Shown here: positions 37,539-47,057 of the stretch, piece by piece
How positions within the stretch are numbered: the first letter of the stretch is position 1
Layout of the letters: each line of letters begins with the position of its first letter
Assembly: GCA_964474825.1 (NCBI GenBank)
Contig: CAYYWQ010000001.1
Coordinates: 293,609-357,608, forward strand
Direction: 5' to 3'
Source: an uncultured Candidatus Saccharibacteria bacterium
Lineage (GTDB): Bacteria > Patescibacteriota > Doudnabacteria > UBA920
DNA: 64,000 bases
Notes under the pieces: model-generated
Database searches by the model: none
Seen by the model: the letters and a program-made list of their open reading frames with translations, nothing else
Told to the model about the DNA's origin: nothing
Program-made: the position numbers and the translations under genes

Positions 37539-39326
37539 TTACGCAAAACCGCCGGCTTGGATTTGCCAGAGTTTTTGGTAGGTGCCTTCCTTCATTTTAA
37601 GGAGTTCTTTATGTTTTCCTTGTTCTGTTATTACGCCTTTTTCCAGGACCAAAATTCGGTCCATTTGCATTATTGTAGAGAGCCTGTGCGCAATTACAAT
37701 AACTGTTTTATTCTTCATTAAATTCTTTAAGGCATCCTGAATATAGTGTTCGCTTTCACTGTCTAAGCTTGAGGTGGCTTCGTCTAAAACCAAAATAGGC
37801 GTGTTCTTTAAAATGGCCCTGGCAATTGCTACGCGCTGCCTCTCCCCGCCGGACAGCTTGATTCCCCGCTCCCCAACAAAAGTCTGGTAGCCGTATTGCG
37901 AAGACATTATGAACTCGTGGGCATAAGCCGCCTTTGCCGCTTCTATTACTTCTTCGTCTGAGGCTAAAGGTTTTCCGTAACGGATGTTTTCCATAAGGCT
38001 CCTATGGAATAAAATTGGGTCTTGCGGGACTAAAGAAAGGCCGTCATGCAAAGAATCTTGCGTGACTTTGGAAATGTCCTGGCCGTCTATTAAAATTTTT
38101 CCGGACTGAATGTCGTGAAAACGAAACAGCAGTTTAACCAGTGTGGATTTACCACCGCCTGAAGGCCCAATTAACGCTACCCGTTCTCCCGGTTCAATAG
38201 TTAAATTAAATTTTTGCAGTACCGTACTATTTTTATAGTAAGCGAAGCCCGTGTTTTTGTATTCTATTTTCCCTTTTTTTACTAAAAGTTTACCGGCGCT
38301 TGGCGCGTCTTCCACCTCATGGGGAGTCAGTAAAATTTCCGTCATTTCGTTTGCGTCGGCCAGGGCTTCGTAAAAAGCGCGCACCTGTTTACCCATGGAC
38401 CAGAGCTTGTCGAAAATATTTATCATGTACAGCTGGATTAAAGTAAAGTCCCCCACGCTCAAAGTCCCCTGCTTCCAGTAGTTAAGGGCTATGTACATCA
38501 TAAAGGCTTCCATAATAATCATTAACGTGGCCTGCATGCCTTCCAGGTAAGTCATTAAATTCCACGAAAACCTTCTTATGGCAAAATGTTTTTGGGTAAT
38601 GTCTTTAAATTTTCCAACCTCCCGGTCCAAACTTGAAAATAGTTTGATGTTGGCATTGTTGGTAATGGTGTCCGCGAGTTGGCCAATAATTTTGGTGTCG
38701 AGCTCGGATTTTTGCAGGTCATACTTTAGCTTATACATGGAAAAGAAGTAGATGATAACTACGTACAAAATACACCAAAGCAGCATGGCTATGCCTAAAA
38801 TAGGGCTGCTTATCCATAGCATAACAACCGCAAAACTTACGGCCAGCGTGGTCCTTAAAAAGTCGTCTACCACGCGGTCGGTTATCATTTCAAAACCGCG
38901 TTCCATTTTTTTAACTTTGTTTACCAAGCTGCCAACAAAGTTGCCGGAAAAAAAGGAATAGGAATTTTTGTGCAAATATTCAAAGCAGTCATTGTTTATG
39001 TCTGCCATTACCCTAGGCTCAAAAAAGTTGGTTATAAAGTCCTTGCTCCTAAAAGCGTACGTGCGCAGGCCGCGCGCAAGCAAAATTAAAATTAAAATTT
39101 TTATAAGGGCCGAATACTTGGCCGGGTTGTAGCTGGTTAAGTTGTTAATGAACTGTTTATACAAAACCGGCCCCAGTGTTTCGCCAATGGAGTGCAAAAT
39201 TAAAAACCCCACAATACCAAAAACATGCCACTTGTATTTTAAGGCATACTTCCAATAAATTTTTAATGTTTGTTTGGTTAGGCTTTGCATAAAATAACTA
39301 TAATTTAGTATATCGCTTTTTGGCAT
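37539..39326 (-). CDS. ABC transporter permease/ATPase (MsbA-like exporter)
   Basis: six N-terminal TM helices, Walker A GPSGGGKST, LSGGERQR. Confidence 0.85.
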   Translation of the reverse strand: MPKSDILNYSYFMQSLTKQTLKIYWKYALKYKWHVFGIVGFLILHSIGETLGPVLYKQFINNLTSYNPAKYSALIKILILILLARGLRTYAFRSKDFITNFFEPRVMADINNDCFEYLHKNSYSFFSGNFVGSLVNKVKKMERGFEMITDRVVDDFLRTTLAVSFAVVMLWISSPILGIAMLLWCILYVVIIYFFSMYKLKYDLQKSELDTKIIGQLADTITNNANIKLFSSLDREVGKFKDITQKHFAIRRFSWNLMTYLEGMQATLMIIMEAFMMYIALNYWKQGTLSVGDFTLIQLYMINIFDKLWSMGKQVRAFYEALADANEMTEILLTPHEVEDAPSAGKLLVKKGKIEYKNTGFAYYKNSTVLQKFNLTIEPGERVALIGPSGGGKSTLVKLLFRFHDIQSGKILIDGQDISKVTQDSLHDGLSLVPQDPILFHRSLMENIRYGKPLASDEEVIEAAKAAYAHEFIMSSQYGYQTFVGERGIKLSGGERQRVAIARAILKNTPILVLDEATSSLDSESEHYIQDALKNLMKNKTVIVIAHRLSTIMQMDRILVLEKGVITEQGKHKELLKMKEGTYQKLWQIQAGGFA

Positions 39327-39360
39327 AAAAAAACAGAGGGCGCAGCTGGTAGGCTGCGCC
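39327..39360 (-). terminator. minus-strand terminator in GC-rich island
   Basis: GGCGCAGC-tggtag-GCTGCGCC preceded (plus) by A-run. Confidence 0.55.
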
Positions 39361-39379
39361 GCTCAAAGAGAGGTTTGGG

Positions 39380-39721
39380 TCACGCGCTGGTTGCGCATGA
39401 GTTGGAGAAAAGATGGCCGGTGATGTTGCTCAGGGCCTCTGCGGCCGTGAGGTCTGTTGGGTCCCATTCGTAAGTCATTAAATGGGACAGGTTGTTACCG
39501 GGAGCCGCCAGCAGTGCTTGAACGGCTTCATTTTGCGTCGGCGTACCTGCAAGTACCACTAGGCTCGCCTCGTACAATGGGAGGCGGAACGCTAGCTGCT
39601 CGAGGGTGTTGGCGTGGGCTTGGCCCGGAGCAGGGAGTTCTGATCTCCGCGCTAAGTCGCCGAAGTCGTTCCAAAGCGTGTCTGATCCGAAGAAAAAAAT
39701 CCTCGTCTCGTTATTTCTCAT
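39380..39721 (-). CDS. hypothetical 113-aa protein in GC-rich island (weak GDSL-block-I-like IFFFGSDTLWND)
   Basis: ATG at 39721, GC ~58%, followed by terminator at 39327-39360. Confidence 0.3.
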   Translation of the reverse strand: MRNNETRIFFFGSDTLWNDFGDLARRSELPAPGQAHANTLEQLAFRLPLYEASLVVLAGTPTQNEAVQALLAAPGNNLSHLMTYEWDPTDLTAAEALSNITGHLFSNSCATSA

Positions 39722-39790
39722 CGTGAGTCCCTCGCTTCTGTATTTTATTACATGGTTGAATATTATAGGAAAAACAAGAAGAAAGCAACT

Positions 39791-39820
39791 TTGACAAAAG
39801 CCTAAAAAGAGGCGTAAGAT
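39791..39820 (+). promoter_or_regulatory. TTGACA-N18-TAAGAT promoter 10 nt upstream of small ORF
   Basis: sequence read directly. Confidence 0.3.
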
Positions 39821-39829
39821 TGGTTTACT

Positions 39830-40006
39830 ATGGCAGATACAAATGACCGTCAACGTCGTCCCGCAAGGGGTGGAAGCACCAATATCTACGATGCTCACGA
39901 TTTGCCCCGGCCAGAGCATCCGCCCACTGCTCCCGCAGCAGATAGCGATCAGCCGATGGTTTCGTCGGTCGAACCACCCAAACAGGAGGATGTTCCTCAA
40001 ACGTAG
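39830..40006 (+). CDS. possible 58-aa acidic/Pro-rich peptide (MADTNDRQRRPARGGSTNIYDAHDLPRPEHPPTAPAADSDQPMVSSVEPPKQEDVPQT)
   Basis: ATG-to-TAG ORF ending 23 nt before a strong terminator; below ORF-track size cutoff. Confidence 0.3.
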   Translation: MADTNDRQRRPARGGSTNIYDAHDLPRPEHPPTAPAADSDQPMVSSVEPPKQEDVPQT

Positions 40007-40028
40007 ACAACCCGCGCAGCAAAAAGGA

Positions 40029-40056
40029 GGGTCCCAGGCTGCGCGGGACCCTTTTT
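40029..40056 (+). terminator. rho-independent terminator
   Basis: GGGTCCC-aggctgcgc-GGGACCC TTTTT. Confidence 0.65.
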
Positions 40057-40096
40057 AAATCCTTATTTAGTTAGGATTTTTTTGTTTCTAAATTTT

Positions 40097-40825
40097 TTAA
40101 AAATAAACAGTCCCGTTAACTTGTGTTGGTGTGGGAGATGGTGTTGGCGTGGGATTGTAATAATTATTTTGCTGTTGTTGTTGGGCTTGGAAGTTTTGCG
40201 CGCCTTCGGGGGTGGACCAGGAACCGTGGAGATAGTAAATTGTGTTGTTTTGGATTAAGGCGATGCCGCTGTTGTTTGGGTTGTAGGCAACGTATTGCAA
40301 AGCAGGTTGTCCGTTTAAAGTAAAATCTGACACATATTTAACAGAAGGGCTGTTGGTTAGTATTTGGCGTAAGTCTTCCAAAGTCGCGCCGTCTTTAGGG
40401 TAGGTTTCCGCAAAACCGGTTTGCTGGGGCGTTGGGGTCGGCGTGGGTTGGTAAGTCCCGGCTCCCGCAACTTGCTCGCCGCGGGGAGTAACAGGTTGAT
40501 TGTAAACTTGGGCTGTGGGAGTAGGAGTGGGAGTTTGCTGACCTTGGGGAATTGGGGGTGTAAAGGTAGGGTTAAAGTCCGTCGGTGGGGTAAATACTTG
40601 GCGGATGTCTTCCGCGGTTTGCGTGGGTGTGGTTTTTTTAAGCTTTTTCCAGGCAAAATAAATTCCACCAGCAATTAAAACAATAACTAAAACAGCAATA
40701 CCCCAAACCACTACTGGCCTTGCGCTGTCAGTCGTAGTAATTACATGCGGATTTGCCGCGGCAACTGAGTCGTTATTCTTTTTTACTTCCTTTACTTCAA
40801 GTTTTGCTTCGTGAGTTTCGGTCAT
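40097..40825 (-). CDS. membrane-anchored Pro/Thr-rich protein
   Basis: start ATG 40825 with AAGGAG SD; TM helix; PTPTPT linker repeats; C-terminal globular domain. Confidence 0.6.
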   Translation of the reverse strand: MTETHEAKLEVKEVKKNNDSVAAANPHVITTTDSARPVVVWGIAVLVIVLIAGGIYFAWKKLKKTTPTQTAEDIRQVFTPPTDFNPTFTPPIPQGQQTPTPTPTAQVYNQPVTPRGEQVAGAGTYQPTPTPTPQQTGFAETYPKDGATLEDLRQILTNSPSVKYVSDFTLNGQPALQYVAYNPNNSGIALIQNNTIYYLHGSWSTPEGAQNFQAQQQQQNNYYNPTPTPSPTPTQVNGTVYF

Positions 40826-40885
40826 AGGGTGCTCTCCTTTTGTCTGGCACGCTGGACCCAAAATAAGTTCAGGATGACAAAAAAA

Positions 40886-42421
40886 TTATTGAATTAAGCT
40901 TTTTCCGGTCATGGACTTGGGCTGAGGTAAATTCATTAGCTGTAAAATTGTGGGAGCTATGTCCGCTAAAGTAGAATTGCCGGACTGTAGCTGGTAGTTA
41001 GTAGGAGGTAGGGCTGACACTAAAATAAAAGGGACTAAATTTAGGGTGTGGGCGGTGTGTTTTTCCCCGGAAACTTCGTCTATATTTACTTCCGCGTTGC
41101 CGTGGTCTGCTGTAATAATCGCTATTCCGCCGTGGCTTGTTACGGCTTCTACAACCCTTTTTAGCTGGGAATCTACCGTTTCTACTGCGGTAATAATGGC
41201 CGGAACATTGGCTGTGTGGCCTACCATGTCGGCATTGGCAAAGTTCATAACTATAAAATCGTTTCCCGCGGCAATTTGTTCCACTGCTTTTTCTGCTATT
41301 TCTTTGGCGCGCATTTCCGGGGCTTGGTCGTGGGTGGCCACGTCTTTGCGGCTTTCTATTAAAAAGTGGCTCTCTCCTTCGTGCGGGGTTTGCTTACCGC
41401 CGTTAAAAAAGAAAGTTACGTGGCCGTATTTTTCTGTTTCCGCAATGTGCGCTTGTTTGAGTCCTGCCTGGCTAATTTCCGCGGCAAGTGTTGTGTCTGC
41501 TTTTTGCGGCGGAAATGCAACCACGGATTCTATTTCCGGGTGATACTCTGTCATAGTTACAAAAAACAAATTTTGTTTTTTGGCCCGCTCCACAATTTTG
41601 TAAGAAAGCTGTCTTGGTCTGTCTGTCCTGTAATTAAAAAAGAACACACCGTCGTTGTCGCTAATAGGATACGCCTTACCGCTTTCGTCCAAAAAAACCA
41701 CTGGCTCTAAATATTCGTCCATTGCGCCTTCTTTATACAGCTCTTTTAAAACCGCGGACGGTTTTTGTTTGTGAATTTTTCCTTTGCCTTCAAACACTGC
41801 AGCTTCGGCTTTTTCTGTTCTTTGCCAGTGCTTGTCGCGGTCCATGGCAAAATAGCGGCCGGTTGCTGTGGCAATATGGCCAATTCCTAAATCCTCTATA
41901 ACTTTTTCCAGCTCTTCCAAATATTTGTAATTGTCCTGCGGCGGCGCGTCACGCCCGTCTGTAAAAGCATGAATAGCAACTTTGGTTATGCCTGCCTCTT
42001 TGGCAGCTTTTAAAATTCCATGCAAATGTTCCTGATGGCTGTGAACCCCTGCCGGACTAAGTAGTCCTAAAAGATGCAGCGTAGAGTTGTGTTTTTTTAC
42101 GTGGTCAAAAAGTTGTTTTATTGCATGGTTGTCTTTAAGCTCGTTGTTGGCTATGGCTTTGGAAATTCTAACAAGTTCGGTATCTATTGTTCTCCCCGCT
42201 CCCATAGTCATATGTCCAATTTCGCTGTTGCCAATAGTTTCCTTAGGAAGACCCACAGCCTCGGCAGAAGCATGTAGCAGCGTATGCGGATACTTTGCCC
42301 AAAGCGCGTTGAAAAAAGGCGTCTTAGCCTGGTTAATGGCATTATTGTCATTTTCATCCCTCATTCCCCAACCGTCCAAAATAATTAAAACCACTGGTTT
42401 TGGCCTATGTTCTAGTGTCAT
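40886..42421 (-). CDS. gpmI: 2,3-bisphosphoglycerate-independent phosphoglycerate mutase
   Basis: iPGM catalytic Ser region and metal ligands (DGWG, SEIGHM, ADHGNAE). Confidence 0.95.
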   Translation of the reverse strand: MTLEHRPKPVVLIILDGWGMRDENDNNAINQAKTPFFNALWAKYPHTLLHASAEAVGLPKETIGNSEIGHMTMGAGRTIDTELVRISKAIANNELKDNHAIKQLFDHVKKHNSTLHLLGLLSPAGVHSHQEHLHGILKAAKEAGITKVAIHAFTDGRDAPPQDNYKYLEELEKVIEDLGIGHIATATGRYFAMDRDKHWQRTEKAEAAVFEGKGKIHKQKPSAVLKELYKEGAMDEYLEPVVFLDESGKAYPISDNDGVFFFNYRTDRPRQLSYKIVERAKKQNLFFVTMTEYHPEIESVVAFPPQKADTTLAAEISQAGLKQAHIAETEKYGHVTFFFNGGKQTPHEGESHFLIESRKDVATHDQAPEMRAKEIAEKAVEQIAAGNDFIVMNFANADMVGHTANVPAIITAVETVDSQLKRVVEAVTSHGGIAIITADHGNAEVNIDEVSGEKHTAHTLNLVPFILVSALPPTNYQLQSGNSTLADIAPTILQLMNLPQPKSMTGKSLIQ

Positions 42422-42483
42422 ATTATATGTATTCTACCAAAAAACTCCCGCTTCCGCGAGAGTTCATTTTTCACAGTTTAAGA

Positions 42484-43035
42484 TTAAACAATAGCCCTAG
42501 CTACCAGGGCAATAAGTATAATCCCGCCGGCGTTGCACACAAAAGAAATTAGAGCAAAGGTAAAGTTGTTGGTTTTGGAAAAACCCATTACTGCTAATCC
42601 CAGTTCGTCGGGAAGGGGTGACGCAATTATTAAGCCGCCGATTAAAGTTAAAAAAACTTTAAAAATCGGAGATTTAAAAATTTGTTTCCAGCGTTTTATT
42701 TTTGCCAGCTTAAATAAGTAATTTAAATCATCCGTAACATTGTCGCGGAAGAAGCTAAAAAGAATAAAGTCGCCGACCAAGGCACCAAGCCCACCTATTA
42801 TTGCCATTTGTGGCAAAGGCATGACCAAAGCCATTTCGCCTAAAACAACAGTAGCGGGCACTGTGGTAAATACAGAAGTAAAAAGCATTCCTGCCAAAAA
42901 TACCCCAAAATATTCTAAGCCCTGGGATTTAAGAAGCAAGTGAGCAATCCAGCCGGTTTTTAGCAGCAGTAAGCCAAAAATAATACTGACAAGAATTATT
43001 AGTAAATCTTTTTTTAGTTTTTTGTTTTGATTCAT
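42484..43035 (-). CDS. membrane protein, unknown function
   Basis: 183 aa, 4-5 TM helices. Confidence 0.5.
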   Translation of the reverse strand: MNQNKKLKKDLLIILVSIIFGLLLLKTGWIAHLLLKSQGLEYFGVFLAGMLFTSVFTTVPATVVLGEMALVMPLPQMAIIGGLGALVGDFILFSFFRDNVTDDLNYLFKLAKIKRWKQIFKSPIFKVFLTLIGGLIIASPLPDELGLAVMGFSKTNNFTFALISFVCNAGGIILIALVARAIV

Positions 43036-43053
43036 ATTGTTTTGAGATTATAA

Positions 43054-43087
43054 CAAAAAACCAGCTCTTTTACGAGCTGGTTTTTTG
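43054..43087. terminator. bidirectional terminator
   Basis: A-run, CCAGCTC-ttttac-GAGCTGG, T-run. Confidence 0.65.
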
Positions 43088-43165
43088 GCAGCAGTTGTTG
43101 GATGTGTTTAGAACTGTGAATTGGAAAGAAGTAAACACCGAGCTGCAGTTATTACCTATTTATAC

Positions 43166-43441
43166 TTAGCCAATGGGAGGTTGTGGAGCGGTATTATCTT
43201 TGCCGAAAATTACTAAATACAAAACCGTTATAACTGAAATAGCCATTAGTAACAATGTAAGCGTCGCCAACCACTGATTTTTTGTTATCATAGCTATTAC
43301 GTTTATTGCCCCTGTGACCAAGAAAAGTATACCTAAATTGATAACTTTTCTACCTGACAGCGTCCTTTTTGAGGATATTTGAACGCTCTTCTTGGCAATT
43401 ATAGCTATGCCAAGAATAATAAAGGTTGCTGCTAAGAGCAT
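43166..43441 (-). CDS. small membrane protein
   Basis: 91 aa, three hydrophobic helices. Confidence 0.4.
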   Translation of the reverse strand: MLLAATFIILGIAIIAKKSVQISSKRTLSGRKVINLGILFLVTGAINVIAMITKNQWLATLTLLLMAISVITVLYLVIFGKDNTAPQPPIG

Positions 43442-43460
43442 ATTTTTGTTTTTTAATAAT

Positions 43461-44108
43461 TTAAAAGTTTTGTATTAACGCTGGTCCTAAATTTGTGTAG
43501 ATTACAAACGCAACGAAAGGAAGAAAGGCTGTAACCATACTTGCAAGTATGATAATTAAATAGGACTGATAATACTGCCAGTTTGCATAAAAAGAATTGC
43601 CAAAATTTTTAATATGCTCTTGTATACGGGAATCAACATTAACTTGTGGATTGAGTTGTTGTATGGTAGTAACTAAATTGGTATTAACTGGATAAAGAGG
43701 AAATGGTTTAGTTTCACCACTCAAAATGTTGAAATATGGAATAGCTAAAGGTTGAACAGGTCTCCCTGAATGAGCAAAAAGTCCTTTGTGATTAAATTCT
43801 TCGGGTAACATTTGTTTTATAGTTGAAACCTCTATACTTCTGGGATTACTTAGAAAAGCTCCGTATTCTTTTAATACGTTACCTTCGAGCCTTATATTAT
43901 AAGTCAAATAGCGCAACACATAGCAAATGAAACTTATAGTTACTATCACTATCCATAGGTAAGCTCCTAACCTAAATGCGAAGTGGTTATTTAGAACAGG
44001 TATTTTCTGATACGTATACAGAGAAAGCCCTGCTACTATAATGGAAATTATAATATAATAAAAAAATAATACTAACAATTTGCCATTTAGTCTAAATGTA
44101 TTGTTCAT
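43461..44108 (-). CDS. membrane protein, unknown function
   Basis: 215 aa with N- and C-terminal TM helices. Confidence 0.45.
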   Translation of the reverse strand: MNNTFRLNGKLLVLFFYYIIISIIVAGLSLYTYQKIPVLNNHFAFRLGAYLWIVIVTISFICYVLRYLTYNIRLEGNVLKEYGAFLSNPRSIEVSTIKQMLPEEFNHKGLFAHSGRPVQPLAIPYFNILSGETKPFPLYPVNTNLVTTIQQLNPQVNVDSRIQEHIKNFGNSFYANWQYYQSYLIIILASMVTAFLPFVAFVIYTNLGPALIQNF

Positions 44109-44191
44109 TGTATAAGGTATTATACTGAGTAAAGCATAGCAGATTGTTAAAGCACCTCCAAATTAAGGTAAATTTTGAAAATTTTGTATTC

Positions 44192-44222
44192 AAAAATAGC
44201 ACAAAAATTTTTGTGCTATTTT
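44192..44222 (-). terminator. terminator immediately after tRNA-Trp
   Basis: 32-nt perfect palindrome AAAAATAGCACAAAAA|TTTTTGTGCTATTTTT. Confidence 0.6.
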
Positions 44223-44296
44223 TGGCAGGGGCGGTAGGAATCGAACCCACGCAAGCGGTTTTGGAGACCGCTGTACTACCATTATACGACGCCCCC
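44223..44296 (-). tRNA. tRNA-Trp (anticodon CCA)
   Basis: cloverleaf folded by hand: acceptor GGGGGCG/CGCCCCU, anticodon loop CUCCAAA, T-loop UUCGAUU, encoded CCA. Confidence 0.85.
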
Positions 44297-44383
44297 ATAA
44301 AAAATAACTGATAACAATAAATTTATAACCAATAACGGTTGGCTAGTTATAAGTTATTAATTATCAGTTATTTGTCGGAGATG

Positions 44384-44551
44384 CTATTTAGTTTCTTTGT
44401 GCAAAGTTTTCTTTTTGCAGAATTTGCAGAACTTTTGGAGTTCCAAACGTTTTTTGGCGCCGGGGTTGTTTTTGCCTTTGCTTTTCTTGGTTTGATAATT
44501 TAAGTTATGGCAAACCGTACACTCCATGTTTATTAAGCTGTCTTGGGACAT
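44384..44551 (-). CDS. rpmG: 50S ribosomal protein L33
   Basis: [45 protein letters not shown] matches L33 zinc-ribbon pattern; start set at MSQDSLIN. Confidence 0.8.
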   Translation of the reverse strand: MSQDSLINMECTVCHNLNYQTKKSKGKNNPGAKKRLELQKFCKFCKKKTLHKETK

Positions 44552-44595
44552 AGAATTAATTGAAAGATTTAATAATTGAAAGATTGAAAGATTAA

Positions 44596-44745
44596 CTCGG
44601 CGAAAGATAATCTCTTGCCATCGTGAGGATCCGTCCTCGATGGTACTTGTGCTTGCACTGTCACCCTTCGCTAAAGCTACGGGTGACACACTTACTAAAG
44701 CTGCAAGTGATGTGGCCAAAGGCCACACGAAGCTTTAGCGAAGTG
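44596..44745. other. structured intergenic region between tRNA-Thr and rpmG (nested inverted repeats), preceded by three TTGAAAGAT direct repeats at 44557-44594
   Basis: hairpins CCATCG..CGATGG, GTCACCC..GGGTGAC, GTGGCC-aaa-GGCCAC and 12-bp long-range pair TTCGCTAAAGCT/AGCTTTAGCGAA. Confidence 0.3.
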
Positions 44746-44821
44746 TGGAGCCAGCTGTCGGACTCGAACCGACCACCTACGGTTTACAAAACCGTTGCTC
44801 TACCAGATGAGCTAAGCTGGC
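44746..44821 (-). tRNA. tRNA-Thr (anticodon UGU)
   Basis: acceptor GCCAGCU/AGCUGGC, anticodon loop UUUGUAA, T-loop UUCGAGU, encoded CCA. Confidence 0.85.
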
Positions 44822-44929
44822 GTGTTTTCTTTAACAGCTCAATGCATTTTAACATAAACCCTTAAAAAAATCCAGTCTTCCAATATCCCCGCTTTTTTGT
44901 TATAATCTCTAAGTATTAAAAACCAAGTT

Positions 44930-45187
44930 ATGCAATTACTTCCACAACCCCAGGACTCTAATAGCGCGGCCAAGTTTAAGCTGTATGGCTTTCCAGACGA
45001 AGCTTTGGTAACTATGGCTTTGCAAGATTTTTACCGCACTAGCGCGGAGACTCCGCGTGATTTTTTAATTTACAATATGTTTGAAGAGCTTATTTTTACG
45101 GGAACTATGGCTGCGGATGCCCAAGTATTAAAATTAGAATCTAAAAATAGAATAGAAGAAAAAGCAGTTTACAAAAAGGAGGACTAA
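44930..45187 (+). CDS. hypothetical 85-aa protein
   Basis: ATG ORF with extended -10 TTGTTATAAT at 44896. Confidence 0.4.
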   Translation: MQLLPQPQDSNSAAKFKLYGFPDEALVTMALQDFYRTSAETPRDFLIYNMFEELIFTGTMAADAQVLKLESKNRIEEKAVYKKED

Positions 45188-45210
45188 CCCTCTAATTTTT
45201 AAAATAAAAA

Positions 45211-45250
45211 AATGATTGAAATTTTCACGGCCGTGTAAAATTCAATCATT
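45211..45250. promoter_or_regulatory. 40-nt AT-rich palindrome centred on ACGGCCGT, 27 nt upstream of ahcY
   Basis: AATGATTGAAATTTTCACGGCCGTGTAAAATTCAATCATT; same core as 1566-1599. Confidence 0.45.
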
Positions 45251-45277
45251 GGTTAAAATAATTAATTTCGATAAATA

Positions 45278-46531
45278 ATGTCATACAAAGTTAAAGATAT
45301 AAAGTTAGCAGAAGCAGGAAGAAACAAAATAGCATGGGCAGAACGCGAAATGCCTGTGCTGGCAATGATCGCGGCAGATTTTAAAAAGAATAAGCCATTT
45401 AAGGGCTTAACTATTGCCGCATGTTTGCATGTAACCAAAGAAACCGCTGTTTTGGTTAAGGCTTTGGTTGTTGGCGGCGCAGAAGTTGTTATTTGCGGCA
45501 GTAATCCCCTTTCCACACAGGACGACGTAGCCGCGGCACTAGCCAAAGACGGGGTAAACGTATTTGCCTGGAAAGGAATTTCCAACAAAGACTATTACAC
45601 CTGCTTGAACAAAGTTTTAGACTTTAATCCCCAAATTACAATAGACGATGGCGCGGATTTAATTTCTCTAATTCATTCAGAACGTAAAGAGCAGCTTAAA
45701 ACTGTTTGGGCCGGGCAGGAAGAAACCACCACAGGAGTTATTCGTTTAAAAGCCATGGCTAAAGACGGCGCGTTAAAGTATCCGGTTGTAGCGGTTAACG
45801 ACACCCCAACCAAACATATGTTCGACAACTACTATGGCACAGGCCAAAGCACAATGGACGGCTTGCTTAGGGCCACCAATATTTTACTTTCCGGCCGCGT
45901 TGTAGTAATTGCCGGGTACGGCTATTGCGGTCGCGGTATGGCTCTTAGAGCACACGGCTTGGGCGCGCGCGTAATTGTTACAGAAGTAGACCCTCTCCCT
46001 GCTTTAAAAGCCGCCATGGATGGTTTTGAGGTTATGCCAATGACAGCGGCGGCTAAAGTTGGCGACGTGTTTTTAACAGCTACCGGGGACAAGGATGTTA
46101 TTACATCCTCTCATTTTAAGTTAATGAAAGACGGCGCGATTTTAGGAAACAGCGGACACTTTAATGTAGAAATAAATGTGCCGGATTTGGAAAAATTGTC
46201 TAAATCTCAAAAAACTGTTCGCGACCAGTTTGAAGAATATACCTTAAAGAATGGAAGAAAGTTGTATCTTATTGCGGAGGGTAGGTTAATGAACCTAGCC
46301 GCAGCGGAAGGTCACCCTAGCGCTGTAATGGACATGTCTTTTGCGGACCAAGCTTTAACCTGCGAGTGGTTAGTAAAAAGTTATAAAAAATTACACCCGG
46401 GCGTGTTAGATGTTCCAACAGAAATAGACGAAACCGTGTCCCGCCTAAAACTCCAAGCCATGGGCGTAAAAATTGACAAGCTAACTCCTGAACAGAAAAA
46501 GTATTTGACGAGCTGGACTGAGGGAACGTAG
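45278..46531 (+). CDS. ahcY: adenosylhomocysteinase
   Basis: SAHH NAD-binding and catalytic regions (GYGYCGRG, HFNVEI...). Confidence 0.95.
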   Translation: MSYKVKDIKLAEAGRNKIAWAEREMPVLAMIAADFKKNKPFKGLTIAACLHVTKETAVLVKALVVGGAEVVICGSNPLSTQDDVAAALAKDGVNVFAWKGISNKDYYTCLNKVLDFNPQITIDDGADLISLIHSERKEQLKTVWAGQEETTTGVIRLKAMAKDGALKYPVVAVNDTPTKHMFDNYYGTGQSTMDGLLRATNILLSGRVVVIAGYGYCGRGMALRAHGLGARVIVTEVDPLPALKAAMDGFEVMPMTAAAKVGDVFLTATGDKDVITSSHFKLMKDGAILGNSGHFNVEINVPDLEKLSKSQKTVRDQFEEYTLKNGRKLYLIAEGRLMNLAAAEGHPSAVMDMSFADQALTCEWLVKSYKKLHPGVLDVPTEIDETVSRLKLQAMGVKIDKLTPEQKKYLTSWTEGT

Positions 46532-46535
46532 GGAG

Positions 46536-46566
46536 AGTGATTAGTGGATAGTGAATAGTGATTAGA
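46536..46566 (+). repeat. AGTGATTAGTGGATAGTGAATAGTGATTAG repeat after ahcY stop
   Basis: sequence read directly. Confidence 0.45.
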
Positions 46567-46595
46567 AAAAGCTCAAGCCAAAGGCTTGAGCTTTT
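46566..46595. terminator. bidirectional terminator after ahcY
   Basis: GCTCAAGCC-aaa-GGCTTGAGC TTTT. Confidence 0.7.
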
Positions 46596-46611
46596 GAGTT
46601 TATACTTAGGT

Positions 46612-46893
46612 TTAAGACTTAGAGTTTTTGTATTCTTCAAGAGCATTTAGAGAGTCTTGTTTTATCATTTGGAATTCTTCGGGAGTAATTTCCACGTATC
46701 TTCTTGCGGCGGCAAATAACTCATCTGCTCCGTGAGCGCTAGCTAAATTTGCCAATACCTCGTTGCTATTTGATCCAGGGCTTTTTTCCTCTATAAATTG
46801 ATATAGCGATACAATGAGTTCATTGTGTACATGGGGGTCTTTGTCCCAATTTTTTGGTCCTTGTTCACGCCCAAGCCCTATTTGTTCTGACAT
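46612..46893 (-). CDS. hypothetical 93-aa protein
   Basis: ATG ORF, acidic helical composition. Confidence 0.4.
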   Translation of the reverse strand: MSEQIGLGREQGPKNWDKDPHVHNELIVSLYQFIEEKSPGSNSNEVLANLASAHGADELFAAARRYVEITPEEFQMIKQDSLNALEEYKNSKS

Positions 46894-47057
46894 AATTGCT
46901 CCATGAATTTACTATTTTAGATTATTAAGTTATTAACTTTAATATAAATATAACAAATTTTAATTTAAAAGGGAATTTGAATACTAATAAGCCCGATCTT
47001 TTTTAGTTGATATTTTCTTATGGAAATGTTAGAATATCACAAGTAAAATCTATTTTA

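Noticed and set aside
39380-40058. 206-aa minus-strand ORF 39380..40000 and plus-strand 71-aa ORF 39843..40058
   Set aside because: The N-terminal 93 residues of the long version are Cys-rich low-complexity sequence overlapping the better plus-strand small ORF. The 71-aa plus ORF reads through the terminator hairpin. The shorter 39380..39721 and 39830..40006 models are preferred.
44596-44745. Additional tRNA (Tyr/Gly) between tRNA-Thr and rpmG
   Set aside because: No T-loop GTTCRANYC and no cloverleaf could be folded on either strand.
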